Origin: the human T2T-CHM13v2.0 reference genome, Homo sapiens
Direction: 5' to 3' (one strand)
Length of the DNA stretch: 64,000 nucleotides
Assembly: GCF_009914755.1 (NCBI RefSeq)
Contig: NC_060948.1
A program made the position numbers and the translations under genes. Below are positions 12,431 through 25,400 of the stretch, in pieces. The notes below the pieces were generated by a model. It did no database searches, was not told the origin of the DNA, and saw nothing but the letters and a program-made list of their open reading frames with translations. Position 1 is the first letter of the stretch, and every line of letters starts with the position of its first letter.

Positions 12431-15400
12431 CGAATTAAAAACCTAGTAAGTTGTTTTTATTATGTGCTAGGTGCAGATACAGTCTTACTTCTTTCAGCAT
12501 AGTTAGGATTGTGCTTACTTTTATATGTCCTCCAATGTTACTGGTAGTGAATGAGGCAAGGTGACAGTTTTTAAAAGTCAAAGAAGTAGTTTGAAATCTT
12601 AAAACTTTTAGCAACATAGCATCTGTCCTACATAATTTACACAATCTATTTAAATCTTGCAGACATTTGCATTTTAACAATAATCTTCAAAGGTGTTTTT
12701 ACTTTACAAAAATTAAAGTCATATGGACTGAAAAGTACCACACCCTTTATCTTTCCTTTAAAATTATTTGATTTGAGCCCATATACTTTTTTAATTAACT
12801 AGAGCTCTTTTTAAATAGATATCACACACATAACACCTATATAACCACAGAGACCAGTAGAAGATTTTGTAGTTATACAATCTCTAGTTGGTCAGTTTCC
12901 CAACTGGATTATTGGCCTCCATGTGAAGTCCTTTAAGAACTGGGTGAGGAATAAAGTTACCAAGGTCTAGTAAACAAGCATAGCCCGAAGACAAAGAGAT
13001 TTTGAGAGATAATTATTCATATGTAACTTCAGTCGTTTAAGAAGGCAAACAAGATTTGTGCTGCCTTTTCTGTTTTCTCAGGGAGCCACAGGCCACCAGA
13101 AGTGATCCCAGGGCCTTTATTCCAGGCATCAAGAGTGGCAAGATAAAGTGGAGGAAAGTAATTCTATCACCTGAGGAAAAATCCTTTTCCATAAAACAAG
13201 ACCTATGAAGACAGAAAAATAAAGACCTTTTGAATATACCTATATATTAGATATCCACTTTTAGTTAAGCTGAATGCTATTTAAGAAAATCATTTTTCAT
13301 TAATTGAACCTTACAGAGAATATAAACAGTGATTCTGATAATTTTATTTTCTGGTTTGCATCACTACCTGTTCAGAATCATGTTAAGTTTCTCCAGTTTC
13401 CTCTGGAAAAAAAGTGTTTGGGTTCAGGCAAGGGTAGGTTTTCAATTAGACTGAAGATACCTCTAATAACAAAGCTTGATATTTGAGGAGGGATTGCTAG
13501 CCAGAGGCTTCCCTTAAAGGACAGCAGTACTGCTATACTGGGTGGGATGCAAACAGTTAAGTTATTTTATGTGGTTAACACCATAGCCTCTGGCACCAGC
13601 AAAGCCACTGCTGTAATTTCTCAGAGGCAAGTTGCCCATACTTTAGCCATCAAGTCAACTTCCTCACTTAGATAACCCACTAGTTGAGCTATAACTCAAG
13701 GCTTAGTTAAAAATCCCTGGGCTATTCTTTTTTTTTCTGATACGTAGATATTAAATACATTTTCTGTCAGAAGATTGAAGGTTGACGCTTTAAGTAAGGT
13801 TTGCTTTAGCTAGCTAAAGGCTTTGAGTTTGGGGTTCATAAATGAATTTAGGGAGATAGTTTTAGCTGCTTGAGTTTATTTTATGAAGTAGTGTAAAAGA
13901 TGAACTATTTTATTGTATTCCAGTACCCAAAATCTTCAAAATAAAATAATGCCTAAGAATCCTTCTAAAAGTTAAGAAAAATGAGCTCAATTGTTTCCTC
14001 CCCTGGTGCTCTGGTTCCTTCTGGTAAGACCAGATGCAGATACTTCACTGCAGCCTAACAGAGCTTAGGTTTAGATTTGGAGACACTAAATTCCCTTCCA
14101 ACTAAGAAATTAAGAAGAGCTTTAGTGTCTTCTTGAGAAATCCATCACGATCATGCCTTGGAAAAACTGAAAGGCTGGATTAGGAAAAAAAAAGAGAGAC
14201 AAGGTCTAATGTTTAGAAGAGTGTTTACTTTGCACCCTTTTACATGCAGAATCACTTGGGACTCCTGGATATTGATGGGTGTTAGAGTCCTTGGAGCCTG
14301 CCTATCAAGCTATGTGATACAATCGTCCTGCTGGACCATCAGAAAGACTGGCTTTGAACCTGGTGATTGACATTTCCTGGGACAGTTGTACTTCCAGTAG
14401 TCTTAACAGATGGGACAAGGCTGGGGTGGCTTCTTATTGCTGTTCTGGATATCCCATTTATAGTGCCCCCACTTGCCACACCAGTAACAATTAGCAGTTG
14501 CATGTTGATGATTCCAGGTCTCATTAACACGTGAAGTGGCAACTAGTGCTTTCTTTTTTCTCTTGTGCCTCCCCTTTTCTTCCTAGGTCTCCTTCTCCTG
14601 GTACATGTTGTAAAATATTGATGAGGCTAGACCTAGGAGGTTTTCTAGGTGCTATCTGGGCTCACACTCTACTTTTGTAATTTCCTTCCAAACCAGGGAT
14701 TTCCTAGGTAGTAAACTTGTCTGTTAAGATTATGTGTCCCTCAATATGTATTAGGAGATAGAGAACTGGGCTTCACTAAAGTATACTTCTTTCCAAAGAA
14801 GCTGAGAGGTTTTCAACAGGATTTAATAAGGACAGTTAAAAGTAATTGAGAAGACTGGTTATGATTATTTGCAAGCCTTTTACTATACACATAAGAAAGT
14901 GTTTTTTTTTCACAGATCAATGGGATAACTAGGGATTCAATTAGGGTTTTTAATGGACAGTGCTTCTCTTATTAAAAATGGAGATTCTGTCTCTTTCTTA
15001 CCCTCCTTCCCTTTTTGACTGGGTTTCTCTTTGACTGCCTGTAGGAGGTCTGTTGTGTGTCTCTGAATATCTCTGCTATCTGTAGAGGTGCCTGTTTCTC
15101 TGCAACAGTTAGGATTTAGCTTAGAAGTAGCATAACGTCTCTCCACATAAGATTCAATAGTTGGGTTAGATTTTGTAAAACCTCCATATATCTATCACAA
15201 TCATTAGAGAAATTGCCTAGGTCCTCCTCTTTGTTAGAGGTTCTGCAATGAGAAGAAAACTGGAACCCTAGTAACACCATGTCCACTGAATGTTTCCCAT
15301 GGGGTAAGAATGAAGGTTCGGGTCTCTTGCTTGGCAAAACAAGAGAATCTAATGATATCATTATAGGGTTCCCTGAATAAGGGAGGCAGGTAGGATACAC

Positions 15401-17238
15401 ATAATTTGCTTTTGAGGGTTTCCCAAAAGTTAGTCTCTCTGACTTTGGGGAATTATATTTTGTAGTCTTGCATGATAGGGATGCCAAGAGGGCAAGGTGA
15501 ATTTGACTATGCTTACAGAAATCTGGGTTGCTTCATATAAGTAAAAAAATCTAGTTGTTGAATAGTATTAAAATTATTGCTTCCCTGAAGAGGCCAGGCC
15601 TCCTTTCCATAAGATGGCTGAGTCCCTCTGAAATAGAACATAAGCTGTGTGTTTTTTTTTTTTTTCTTCAGGGTCTGAGGGAAAAAAGAGTTAAAGAAGA
15701 ATGCACTCAAGGGAAGTGTAGTCTTCAAATTGTGTGTTACCCATCTTGAAAAGTGAAGAGAAAAGGTGTCTCTCAGTCTTCTTATTTTTTTAGATTGACC
15801 CAGAATGGAGAGAAAAATAGAGGGGTGTCCCTCCTATTCTCTTTCTTTACCCTCTGGGTCCTGGCACATTAAGGGAAGTGTGACCTTCACCCATAGCTCT
15901 GGAGCAGCTCACCAGCAGGATTTGCCATGCTGACCTGCACAAAACCCTAGCTTTTTGTCCTACTGATTTCCTAGACTCACTCAACCCAAAAGGGTCTGGT
16001 GGTACTCCAGAGACCTGAGAGAAATTAGTTTCTAGTTAAATTTTAGCAAGATTCTTTAATGAAGATAGTGCTGAATTACCATCTCTGACTTTCCTTGTTA
16101 TGGCTCCAAAAAACATCGGAATCTCAGAGAATGGGACCAGTTGACATAAAATATCTTGTTTATTTAATGCTGAATATACTTAGATGCAGATGACATGCCA
16201 CAAGACAGCATAAGATGTGCCACAAAAGAGCTGTCATTTCTTTGATGGGGACAGCAAAAAGCTTAAAATCTGTCTTTTGAGGTAACATTCTCCTAATTGT
16301 TACAAGTGGATTTATCCTGCCCCCCAAATAGGGCATGGGACATGATCACTGATAAAGGGATGTAAGAGAGAAAGTACTTAGGGGACTATAAGTTTTGAAC
16401 AAAGAGTAGGCAAGGCTCCACACAGAATAACATCCCATTTTACTAGGTGACATTGTGGGGTTAGAAATGCTAGGTAAAAACTTGGAGTTGAACTTTTTTT
16501 CAGATAAATGTTAGAAAGAGAGATTTGGGATTTCATAGGCTGTCCCTATAGTATGCTCCCTGCCAGAAGAAAATTAACTTGTTTCATAAATGAAATGTTT
16601 ACATTCATTGAACAGTGCTGAGCTTTTACATGAAAAGACAACCCAAATGAAGAGGTCTCAGAGTGAAATATTCTCTCATCCAGTGCCTGTTATTAGGGGA
16701 CTTAAAGACCCTTACTAGGTACAAATTTAGAGAGATCCTAATTTTTTCTGTTTCTAGGAAATCACAAAATGAAAAACACTTTGAGTTATATTTCCAATTA
16801 CTAGGATACTGACTGACTTTACCCAGCAAGATTATATGTCTAGGTTGCAGAACACCTCCAATATTGCATATAAAGAAGGAATAGGAGATATGATAGCCAT
16901 AAAAAGAAAGAAGCAAAAATTGATATAGAAAGACTGGAAGTCCTTGTGCCAAAGCCCTGATGGGCTTTCAGAAAAAAGAGTTAGTCCAAGGCCTTTAGGT
17001 AACACTGAGGTGTATCTCCAGCCAGAAACCTTCAGTTGCCCTAGGATCTTTTTTAAATCCCATGCAATGGCTAGGTTTTCTGGAAAGAAAACAGGGTCAA
17101 TACAAAGCCAACATTCCCAAAGTTTCTCTTAAGAGAAAAAAACTGAGTGTAACAAGGCTCAGAAAGTAAAAAATAAAAATAAAAATAAATTAAAAATAAA
17201 GATTCTACTTCTACTCACTCTTCTAATTAATCCCTTTC

Positions 17239-17256
17239 TTCCTGGCCAATGTGCCA
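17239..17256 (-). promoter_or_regulatory. Retroviral primer-binding site, tRNA-Gly-like
   Basis: Minus strand TGGCACATTGGCCAGGAA, 5 nt after the LTR end; 15/18 match to the complement of the tRNA-Gly 3' end (TGGTGCATTGGCCGGGAA). Confidence 0.65.
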
Positions 17257-17261
17257 AAATA

Positions 17262-18136
17262 TGTTGTAGTCTCACCAATGCAACAAGATGTTTCAGTTTC
17301 TTATTCTTCTGAAATAATACCTGGAGTTCTTTGTTTCATGTCCAAGATAATAAAGGAGCATGAACACAAGGGTGAGGTTGGAATAGAATAATAGTTTAAT
17401 AATTGAAAGAAGAGAGTTCTCTGCCAGCAGAGAGGGCAGGCCTCAATAAATTGCCCACTCTGAGGCTGAGAATCAGGGATTCTATGGAAAAAGAAGGTTA
17501 AATAATGTGCTTAATTTGTTGACTGTCTTGGAAATATGACTCAGATTGACCCAGGGCCTTGGCCAAGGACCAGTCACACATTTTGCCTTAGACTGTGCCC
17601 AGTCCAATCAGGGGCTGAAGTGCTGATTTATAGGGACTGCTCATCTTACTGTGCTACCCATCAGGAGCTGAAGTGAAAGCTTGGCCTGGGAATATAGCCC
17701 AAAACTAATCAGCATCTGAAGTAATAATTCATAGAGGCTAGGCTCACAAACGAAAAGAAAAAGATAGCACCCACTGGAATCTACCAAAGCCCACTGTGTT
17801 CATGCCCACAAAAAGAGAAGAAACTTTTTCATGAGATGCTAATTATACAAAAGACAAAGGCATTTCTGTGTCACAGCTTGTTTCCTTATATGGGTGAGCC
17901 AGATGTTTGTGAAAGTTCTTGATTAAATGGGCTGGAGATTTCCCTGTCTGTGTAGCCATGAGCATATTTTCAGTTACAACACCCCTGTGCTATTTCCCTT
18001 ATTACTGCCTGCAGCTTGATTATTTTTTCCCAGTCAGCTTTCTATGTTATGTGGAAATGAGACACTGACACATGGTTTGGGGACTCCCTGGGGGTCCTTC
18101 CTTTACTGTCTACCAAAGGCAGGCTATTTCTTTCCA
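17262..18136 (-). mobile_element. ERV1 LTR, full length (MER83/MER61-like)
   Basis: TG...CA termini on the minus strand (+ strand tgttgtagtctc...ctttcca); internal CCAAT-like repeats; followed by a PBS. Confidence 0.8.
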
Positions 18137-21100
18137 GTGCATTTCTGAAATCAGACAGAGCTGAGCTTTTGATTGTTGGACCTATATTTCTTTTCAGCTA
18201 AGAAATTAAAAAGAGTGTTTTCCTTCCCAAGAAGTCTATCAGACTTATCCTATGAGAGGAGGGAAACCCTGAATTGGAAAGGAGAACAAAGAGACTAGCC
18301 CTGGACATTCACTTTCCTCCCTTCTAATTCCATAATCTCATGGGACTCCTGGACAGTAATGGCAGTTAGAGCTATCGGAGCTGTGGAATTGGCTCTGGGA
18401 CCCATCAGTCCTGTTGGAATATTGAGGACACTTGCCCTTGACTCAGTGACCTACATCTCCAGGGAAAGTATGACTTCTAGTGGTCTCAACAATGGGTGGA
18501 AGAAGGTGGCTTCTTCTTGCTGCCTTGGCAATCCTTATTGAATACTCCCACTTGCCACATTGATAGCAATTATCAGGTGCACTTTGGGGATTCTGGATCT
18601 CATTAGCTTGCGAAGTGGCAACTAGTGCCTCTTTTTTCTCTTGTGCTATTCCTCTTTTTCCTGTGACTTCTCCTTGTCTCTCATATATAAGACCAAGAAG
18701 GCCAAACCCAGAAGGTTTTCCAAGGTGCTATCCAGGCTCACAATCTGCTTTTTTTCTGATATTAGTGGCTGCCTGAGTAATAAACTTGTCTTTTAAGATT
18801 ATCTGTCCCTCAACTGAATTACGAGATACAGAGGTGTGTTTCACTAAAGTGTCTGTCAGCCTTTCAAAAAAGGCTGAGGGATTTTCATCTTGCTTCTGAT
18901 ATGAAAAAGGAGAGTTTAAAGTAAGTAAAAGTTTGGTTCAGGTTCTTTTCAAGCCTTACAATATGCAAATCAGAAAGTGTTTTCTTTTCCAGTGACCTAT
19001 AGATCACTAGGTTTCCAAATATGGCTTCAAAGGGGCACAACCTTTCTTTCTATTAGAAATAGAAATTCTTCTCTTTTTTACCCTATTTCCACTTTCAACT
19101 GGGTCTATTTTTTGACTGACTAAAGGAGATCTGCTGTTTTTCTTCAAATCTCTCTGCTGCCTGTAGAGATGCCTATTTCTCAGCAGCAGTTAGAGTTTGG
19201 CTTAGGAGTAACAGAACATCTCCCCATGGGAGATCAAACACTTGCATTAGATTTTGGAAAGCCTTTTTATGTCTATCACAGTCATTATAAAACTTGTTTA
19301 GGTCTGTCTGATTTTTTATAAGGAGTTGTAATGAGAAGGAAACTTGGACTCTAGTGGTACCATGTCTATAGGACATTTAGTGTAGGAGCAAGAGTGAAGT
19401 TGGAGGTTTCTTGCATGCCACAACCGCAGGAGCTGATGATAGGACTATTGAGGGCCCTGGATAATAGAGGTAGGCAGAACACCCAGAAGTTGCCTTTGAG
19501 GGTTTCTCAATGGTTTGTCTTTCTGACTTTTGGGAATTATATTTTGTAGGCTTGCCTGATATGGCTGCAAAGAGGTCAGAGTGAATTTTACAATGCTTAC
19601 AAAAATCTGGATTTCATTGGAGATTAAAAAGAAAAAAGCTAGTTCTTTAATGTCATTGAAATTAATGCTACCCTGAACAGTCTAGGCCTCCTTTCCCTAA
19701 GATGAACATACAAGCCCCATAAATAGAATATATACTGTGAAATGTAATATAAACTGCTTTTTCTTTAGGGTCTGAGTGTTAAGAGTTAAAGAAGAATGTG
19801 CTCAAGGAGAGTACAGACCACAGATGTTCTGTCACACATCTAGAAAAATGTGGAGAAAATGTGCTATCTTTCTCTTTTCTCTTTTCAGAATGACCCAGGG
19901 TGGAGAGAAAGTTAGAGGGGTATCCCATTATGCAAGCATATCCATCCTTGGATCCAGATGAGCTAGCTGGAAGGATTAGCCATGGTCACCTGCACAAAGC
20001 CCTAGATTTTTACCCGGCTGATTTCCTAGACTAACTTAACCCCAAAGGATCTCAAAGTACCCCAGAAGCCCAGGAGAAATTGGGTACTAGTTAAATTTTG
20101 GCAAGACTTATTAATGATGGGAGTCTCTTAATACAATTTCTGGCTCCCCCTGATATGACCCCAGGAAAACATTGGAATATCAGAGAATGGGACCAATTGA
20201 CATGCAAATATAAAATATCTTGTTTAAATTCCAGTGTACCTGGATGCAAAACAGATGCCTCAAAAGAGCATTGAGGAGTGTATGGATTGAATGACTGTCG
20301 TTTCTATGATGGGGACAGCAAAAAGGCTAAAATATGTCCTTTAAGGGTGGCTTCCTCCCAACTATTACAAATGGAATTATCCTGCCTACAAATAGGCCAT
20401 GAGACATGATTACTGACAAAGGGATGTAAGATAGAAGATAATTAGAAACTAGATGTTTTGGAGAAAGTGTAGACAAGGCTTCCCACAGAGAAAAAATCTA
20501 ATTTTACTAGGTGGCCATTTGGGATTGAAATGCTAGGTAAAATTCTGACTTGAAATTTTTTTCAGGTAACTATTACAAAGAGAGGTCTGGGTTTTGATAG
20601 GGTGTCCCCATAACATGCCCCCAGTATAAAAAAAAATTTATAAAAAAATGTTTAGATTCATTGTACAGTTCTGGGCTTTTACAGCAAGTGAAGAAACAGC
20701 CCATATGAAGAGGAGGGTATTCACTCAGGGTAAACTATTATCTCATCCACTGCCATGAATGTTTATTATTGAGGGACAGAAAGGCCTGAACTATGTAAAA
20801 CATTAGAGAAATCCTAATTTTTTTCTGTTGCTAGGAAATCACAAAAACAAAAATTCTTTGTTACATTCCTGATTACCAAGACATTGACTGACTTTATCAG
20901 ACAAGTTTATGTCTCTAAATTGCAAAAACACACAGAACATTTCTTACAACAGAGGTATAGTAGACATAATAGCCACAAGAAGAAAGAAGGAAAATATGAT
21001 AAAATGACTGGAAGTTATTGTGCTGGTGCTCCAATGGGCTCTTGGGAACTGGAATTAGTTGAAGGGCCTTCAGGTAACATTGAGTTGTAGGCTCAGTCCC

Positions 21101-21426
21101 AAGCCTCAGTTGCCCTAGGACCACTTTCTAATCCCATGTGATGGCTAGGCCTTCTGTGAAGGGAATCTGAATTATAATAGAGCCAAAATTCAAACATCTG
21201 GGAGTAATTGGGGAATTGATAAAGTCCTCTGCAGCAAGCTTTTCCCCTGAGTCTTAAGGCTGACATTGATGTTAATTATTTTTAAATGGCTGACATGGTT
21301 CCAGTGTTTTGTCAGCTCTGGAGATTAAAAACTTAGGACAAGAACCTCAGAAAGTGGAGTGTTAAAGATCCACTCCTAATCACCCTTCTGATAAATTCCT
21401 TCTTACCCAGACCATGCATCAAAGTA
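18137..21426 (-). mobile_element. Second ERV1 internal segment: PBS, leader, gag, start of pro
   Basis: Collinear with ~14300-17260. ORF 19173..19376 reads DLNKFYNDCDRHKKAFQNLMQVFDLPWGDVLLLLSQTLTAAEK. Degenerate PBS at 21404-21421. Confidence 0.8.
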
Positions 21427-22278
21427 TGTTGTAGTCTCACTAATGTACCAAGACAAAACAGTCTCTCATTGTCTGAGATAATACGCAGAGTTCTTTGTCC
21501 TATGACCAAGATAGCTAAGAAGCGGGGACACAAGGGTGAGGTTGGAGCAAATGTTTAATAAATGAAAGAAAAAATCTCTCCACCAGCAAAAAGTGGAGGA
21601 CTGTATGGGTTTAAGCCATGGTGTCATGGTCTAGGGTTCTTATGGACTGGGAAGAAAAATGAATATGCTTTGTCTTCTGGATGTCTTGGAGACTTCATGG
21701 CTCAGCTTTGCATAAAATCAGAAAGCATGGGCCAGGACCAATCAGCAGCTGATGAAACAATTTATAGAGGCTGTTATTTTGGCCTGGGATTTATCTAGAG
21801 CTGAAGTTATAGCTTGGCCCAAAAACTTACTCCTGGACCAATCAAGAGCTGACATGAAAATTTATAGAGCCCAGCCTCACAATTCAAAAAGAAAAGAAAA
21901 GTTCCCACTGAAACTTACTGGAGTCCACTGTGTTCAAGCCAACAAAAGGAGAATAAACTTATTACTGGGAGCCAGCTGATTACACAAAGGACAAAAGCTT
22001 TTCTATGCCAGGCTTTTTAAATTTATCTGAGTTATCTTATTTATCTGGAGGCTTGTGCAAGTTTTTATGTGAATGGGCTGGAGATTCTCCTCTCTGTGCA
22101 GCCAGTGGCATGCCTACAGTAACAACCCATGTGCTAGTTAACCTATAAGTTCCTGAAGCTTGATTTCTTTTCCCTGGCTGCTTTTTGAGTTATGTAGGAA
22201 TGAGGTCCTGTCGCATACATCAGGGGCCCTCTAGGAACCCCTCTCTTGGTTTCTACCTAATGCAAGTAACCCCTCTCA
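21427..22278 (-). mobile_element. ERV1 5' LTR, full length (same family)
   Basis: + strand tgttgtagtctcac ... gtaacccctctca; collinear with 17262-18136. Confidence 0.8.
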
Positions 22279-22359
22279 GCATAATGGTGACACTATTATA
22301 TTCTACCCAATAATCAAATATTACATCTATTAATCTTTTGTCATGTGTTTCATATATTA

Positions 22360-22490
22360 TTAAATAAAAATAAATAAATTAGTATCTGTTTTAAATTAAA
22401 TTATTATATTGATTATATTGATTATATTGAATTATATTATTAAATTAAATTATTATATTGAATTATCTGTAATAAATTAAATTATTACAT
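22360..22490. repeat. AT-rich low-complexity repeat with attatattg and taaattaaa units
   Basis: Repeated attatattga and aaattaaattatta, read directly. Confidence 0.7.
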
Positions 22491-25400
22491 GAGCGTAACT
22501 AGCTTATGTGTAAAGTTATCAATGGAAGCACCGAAAGGAAGAAATATATTAAGATGCAAGAAGGCAATAAAGGCTATATTTTTTAGTCAGATTTTATTTA
22601 ATTTACAGAAATGTTTATTAAATTTTCTGTCATGATTTTTACCTCAACACATGGCTTCTAATATAATTTACCTGTTAACTCATGGATAAACTGTTACTTC
22701 AGAATTGAAGAGCCTCTTTAATTTAGCATGTGCTTAAATTGCTGGCCCCATCCTGCATATTACTGATTCAGCTGCTGTGAACTTTGGTCAAAAAATATGT
22801 CTTTTTTTTTCCAAGTTCTCAGGTGTTTTCAATGCTGCTAGCCAATGGAAACCAGTTGCAGGACCAATGGCTGGGTGCATATTTATTGATTTCATCTGCA
22901 GTAAAAATATTGACCCAGAGGGTATGCAGTCAAATACACAAGAGACCATTTTTGATTTTAAGTGGACACAGGTCTTACTCATAGTAATGTAAAAGTGGGG
23001 CCAAATATATCAGAATTATTTAATTTTGATTTTGAGGGGTTGATAAAATCTGGTTTTATGTTGAAAGCCTGAATATTGTTCTTGGCCTACGTTAGTCAGT
23101 TAAATATTCAGTTGGGGCCTATGTATTTGGTCTGGGCTGGAACTGAAATTGTGAAGTTTTATGCACTGAATATCTGGTCTGTGTGAACACATCTGGATGG
23201 GTCACTGAGAGTGCAATGGGTGAAATAATTCAATAATACAATTCTTTCTATAATTATAAATCCTTCTATTGCTGTGATGGTTACATGGGAGTGATGTGGG
23301 GATATGGTGGTGGAGACAATGAAGGTTTAGGAGCATAGAATCACACCCAGGCTTGGAAAAGATGTTACATCTCTGAACTCTGTTCTTTACTCCAGTGTAA
23401 GCCTCTTCAGGGTCCTCGTTATATAATTAGCAAAATCTCACAGAGGGGGCTGCAGATTTTGATATTACAGAAAAAAACATGCATCATAGAGTTGGCTCCA
23501 CATATCCTTAGACCTTTTCTATTCTCTCTTGTTTTACTAGCTTTGAAATTTTCCTTCAGTTGACACTCTCAGTGTTATAGTATAAAATCTATGCTGCTTA
23601 TTTATTAGGTGAAATTATATAAATGAACTACTCACATATGTAATTATATTTCTAACATTATAAATTGGTTTGAGAACTTTTAAATTTTAGGTCTTATTTG
23701 TTTCTATTTTAAATAATTTGACAATTTTTATTGATTTTTGATATACTAGAATATTTTTTAAATAAATTTTTCTCATACAATTAATTACAATACATACTCT
23801 GTATGTGATTTTGACTTTGCTTCTGTTAAAATTTTTGGAAAAAAACATTCAAATGTATCATTATTATTGTAAATATCTCTTAGGTATAATTTTACAGTTA
23901 TTATAAAAGATTTCTCAATAATTCTCATGTAAGTCTATTGCTTCATTTTGGTAAATTCATAAAGAAATTTTCATTTGTTATTTATTTTTTCTATTTTTTA
24001 GTTTCCATAGCACATCAATAATTTATTCTTTGTGTTTCAAACGTTCAATTATACTTTCTTAGTTATTTTACAATGAACAATTAAATTGCCTTCACTACAG
24101 ACACCATGTTGAGCTAGCAAATACTGGGTCTTACTTATTATTTAAATTTTTGCAGCCACTAGCCATCCACTCTTCCCTCTAACCCCACCAACTACTCTTA
24201 CCAGCATCTGACAATCATCCTTTCTTTTTCTAACTCTCTTACTTCAATTGTTTCACTTGTTAGATCTCAGAAATAAGTGAGAACATACAATATTTGTCTT
24301 TCTCTACCTCTGTTATTTCACATAACATAATGATTTCCAGTTCTATCCATGTTGTTACAAATGACAGGATCATATTTTATTTTATGGCTTAATAGTACTC
24401 CACTGTATATATGCAACAGATTTTATTGATCAGTTCCTCAGTTAGTAGACATAGGTTTCTTCCAAATCTCAGTTATTGTTAATAGTGCTGCAATAAACAT
24501 GAAAGTTCAGATATCACTTCAATATAATGACTTTATTTCTTTTGATTATATACCCAGCAGTGGGATTGTTGGCCATACAGTAGCTCTATTTTTAGTTTTT
24601 GAGAAAGTTTCAAACTGTTCCCCATAGAGGTTATACTGATTCACATTCTTACAGTGTTGGAGGGTTCCTTTTCTCCAAATCCTCAAGAGCATTTGTTATT
24701 GCCTGTGTTTTGGATAAAAGTCATTTTAAGTGGAGAGAGATAATAAGTAATTGTCATTTTGATTAACAGTTCTCTGATAATGATGTTGATGACCATTTCC
24801 CATGCCAGTTTTCCATTTGTACACCTTATGAGAAATTAGTATTCAAGTCTTTTGTCCATTTTATATGAGATTATTATATTTTTTCTATGAAGTTCTTTGA
24901 AATTCTTATATATTATGGCTATCAGTCCCTTGCCAGATGACTGGTTTTGAAATTGTTTTTCTAATTCTGTGGGGTTTTTTCCACTTTGTTGATTTTTTTA
25001 TTTGCTTTGCAGAGCCTTTTAAACTTGATGTGATTTTGTTTGTTAATTTTTGCTTTGTTTTACTTTTCCTGTGTTGTATTGCTCGAGCAATTTTTGCTGA
25101 GTTCAATGACTGGGAGAGTTTTCCATATGTTTTCTTGTTTCACAGTTTCATAGTTTCAGGATTCAGATTTAAGTCTTTAGTACAGTCTGATTCGATTTTT
25201 ATATATAGTGAGAGATAGGGGTCTGCTTTCATTCTTCTGCCTGTAGATATTCAGTTTTCATAGCACCACTTCTTGAAAAAAAAAAAAAAAAAAAAAAAAG
25301 CTCTTTTCCCAACGTATGTTCTCAGCACTTTTGTCCAAAATGATTTTTCTGTGAATGAATTGAGTTATTTCTGAGTCCTTTAATCTGTTCAAATGGTCTA

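Larger units (their letters stand above)
8053..17261 (-). mobile_element. ERV1 internal region (HUERS-P/MER4-group-like): leader, gag, pol remnant, 3' region; interrupted by Alu, THE1 and L1
   Basis: gag starts MGNTQFEDYTSLECIL at 15744. ORF 15116..15487 contains DLGNFSNDCDRYMEVLQNLTQLLNLMWRDVMLLLS. NC Cys-His remnant near 14450-14500; RT/connection remnant ~13480-14130. Confidence 0.8.

Noticed and set aside
14300-19839. Intact or domesticated gag
   Set aside because: Both copies have many stops and frameshifts; the longest fragment is 123 aa.
25276-25299. Poly(A) run as a retrocopy tail
   Set aside because: There is no attached element or TSD, and the L1 continues on both sides, so it is a homopolymer expansion.
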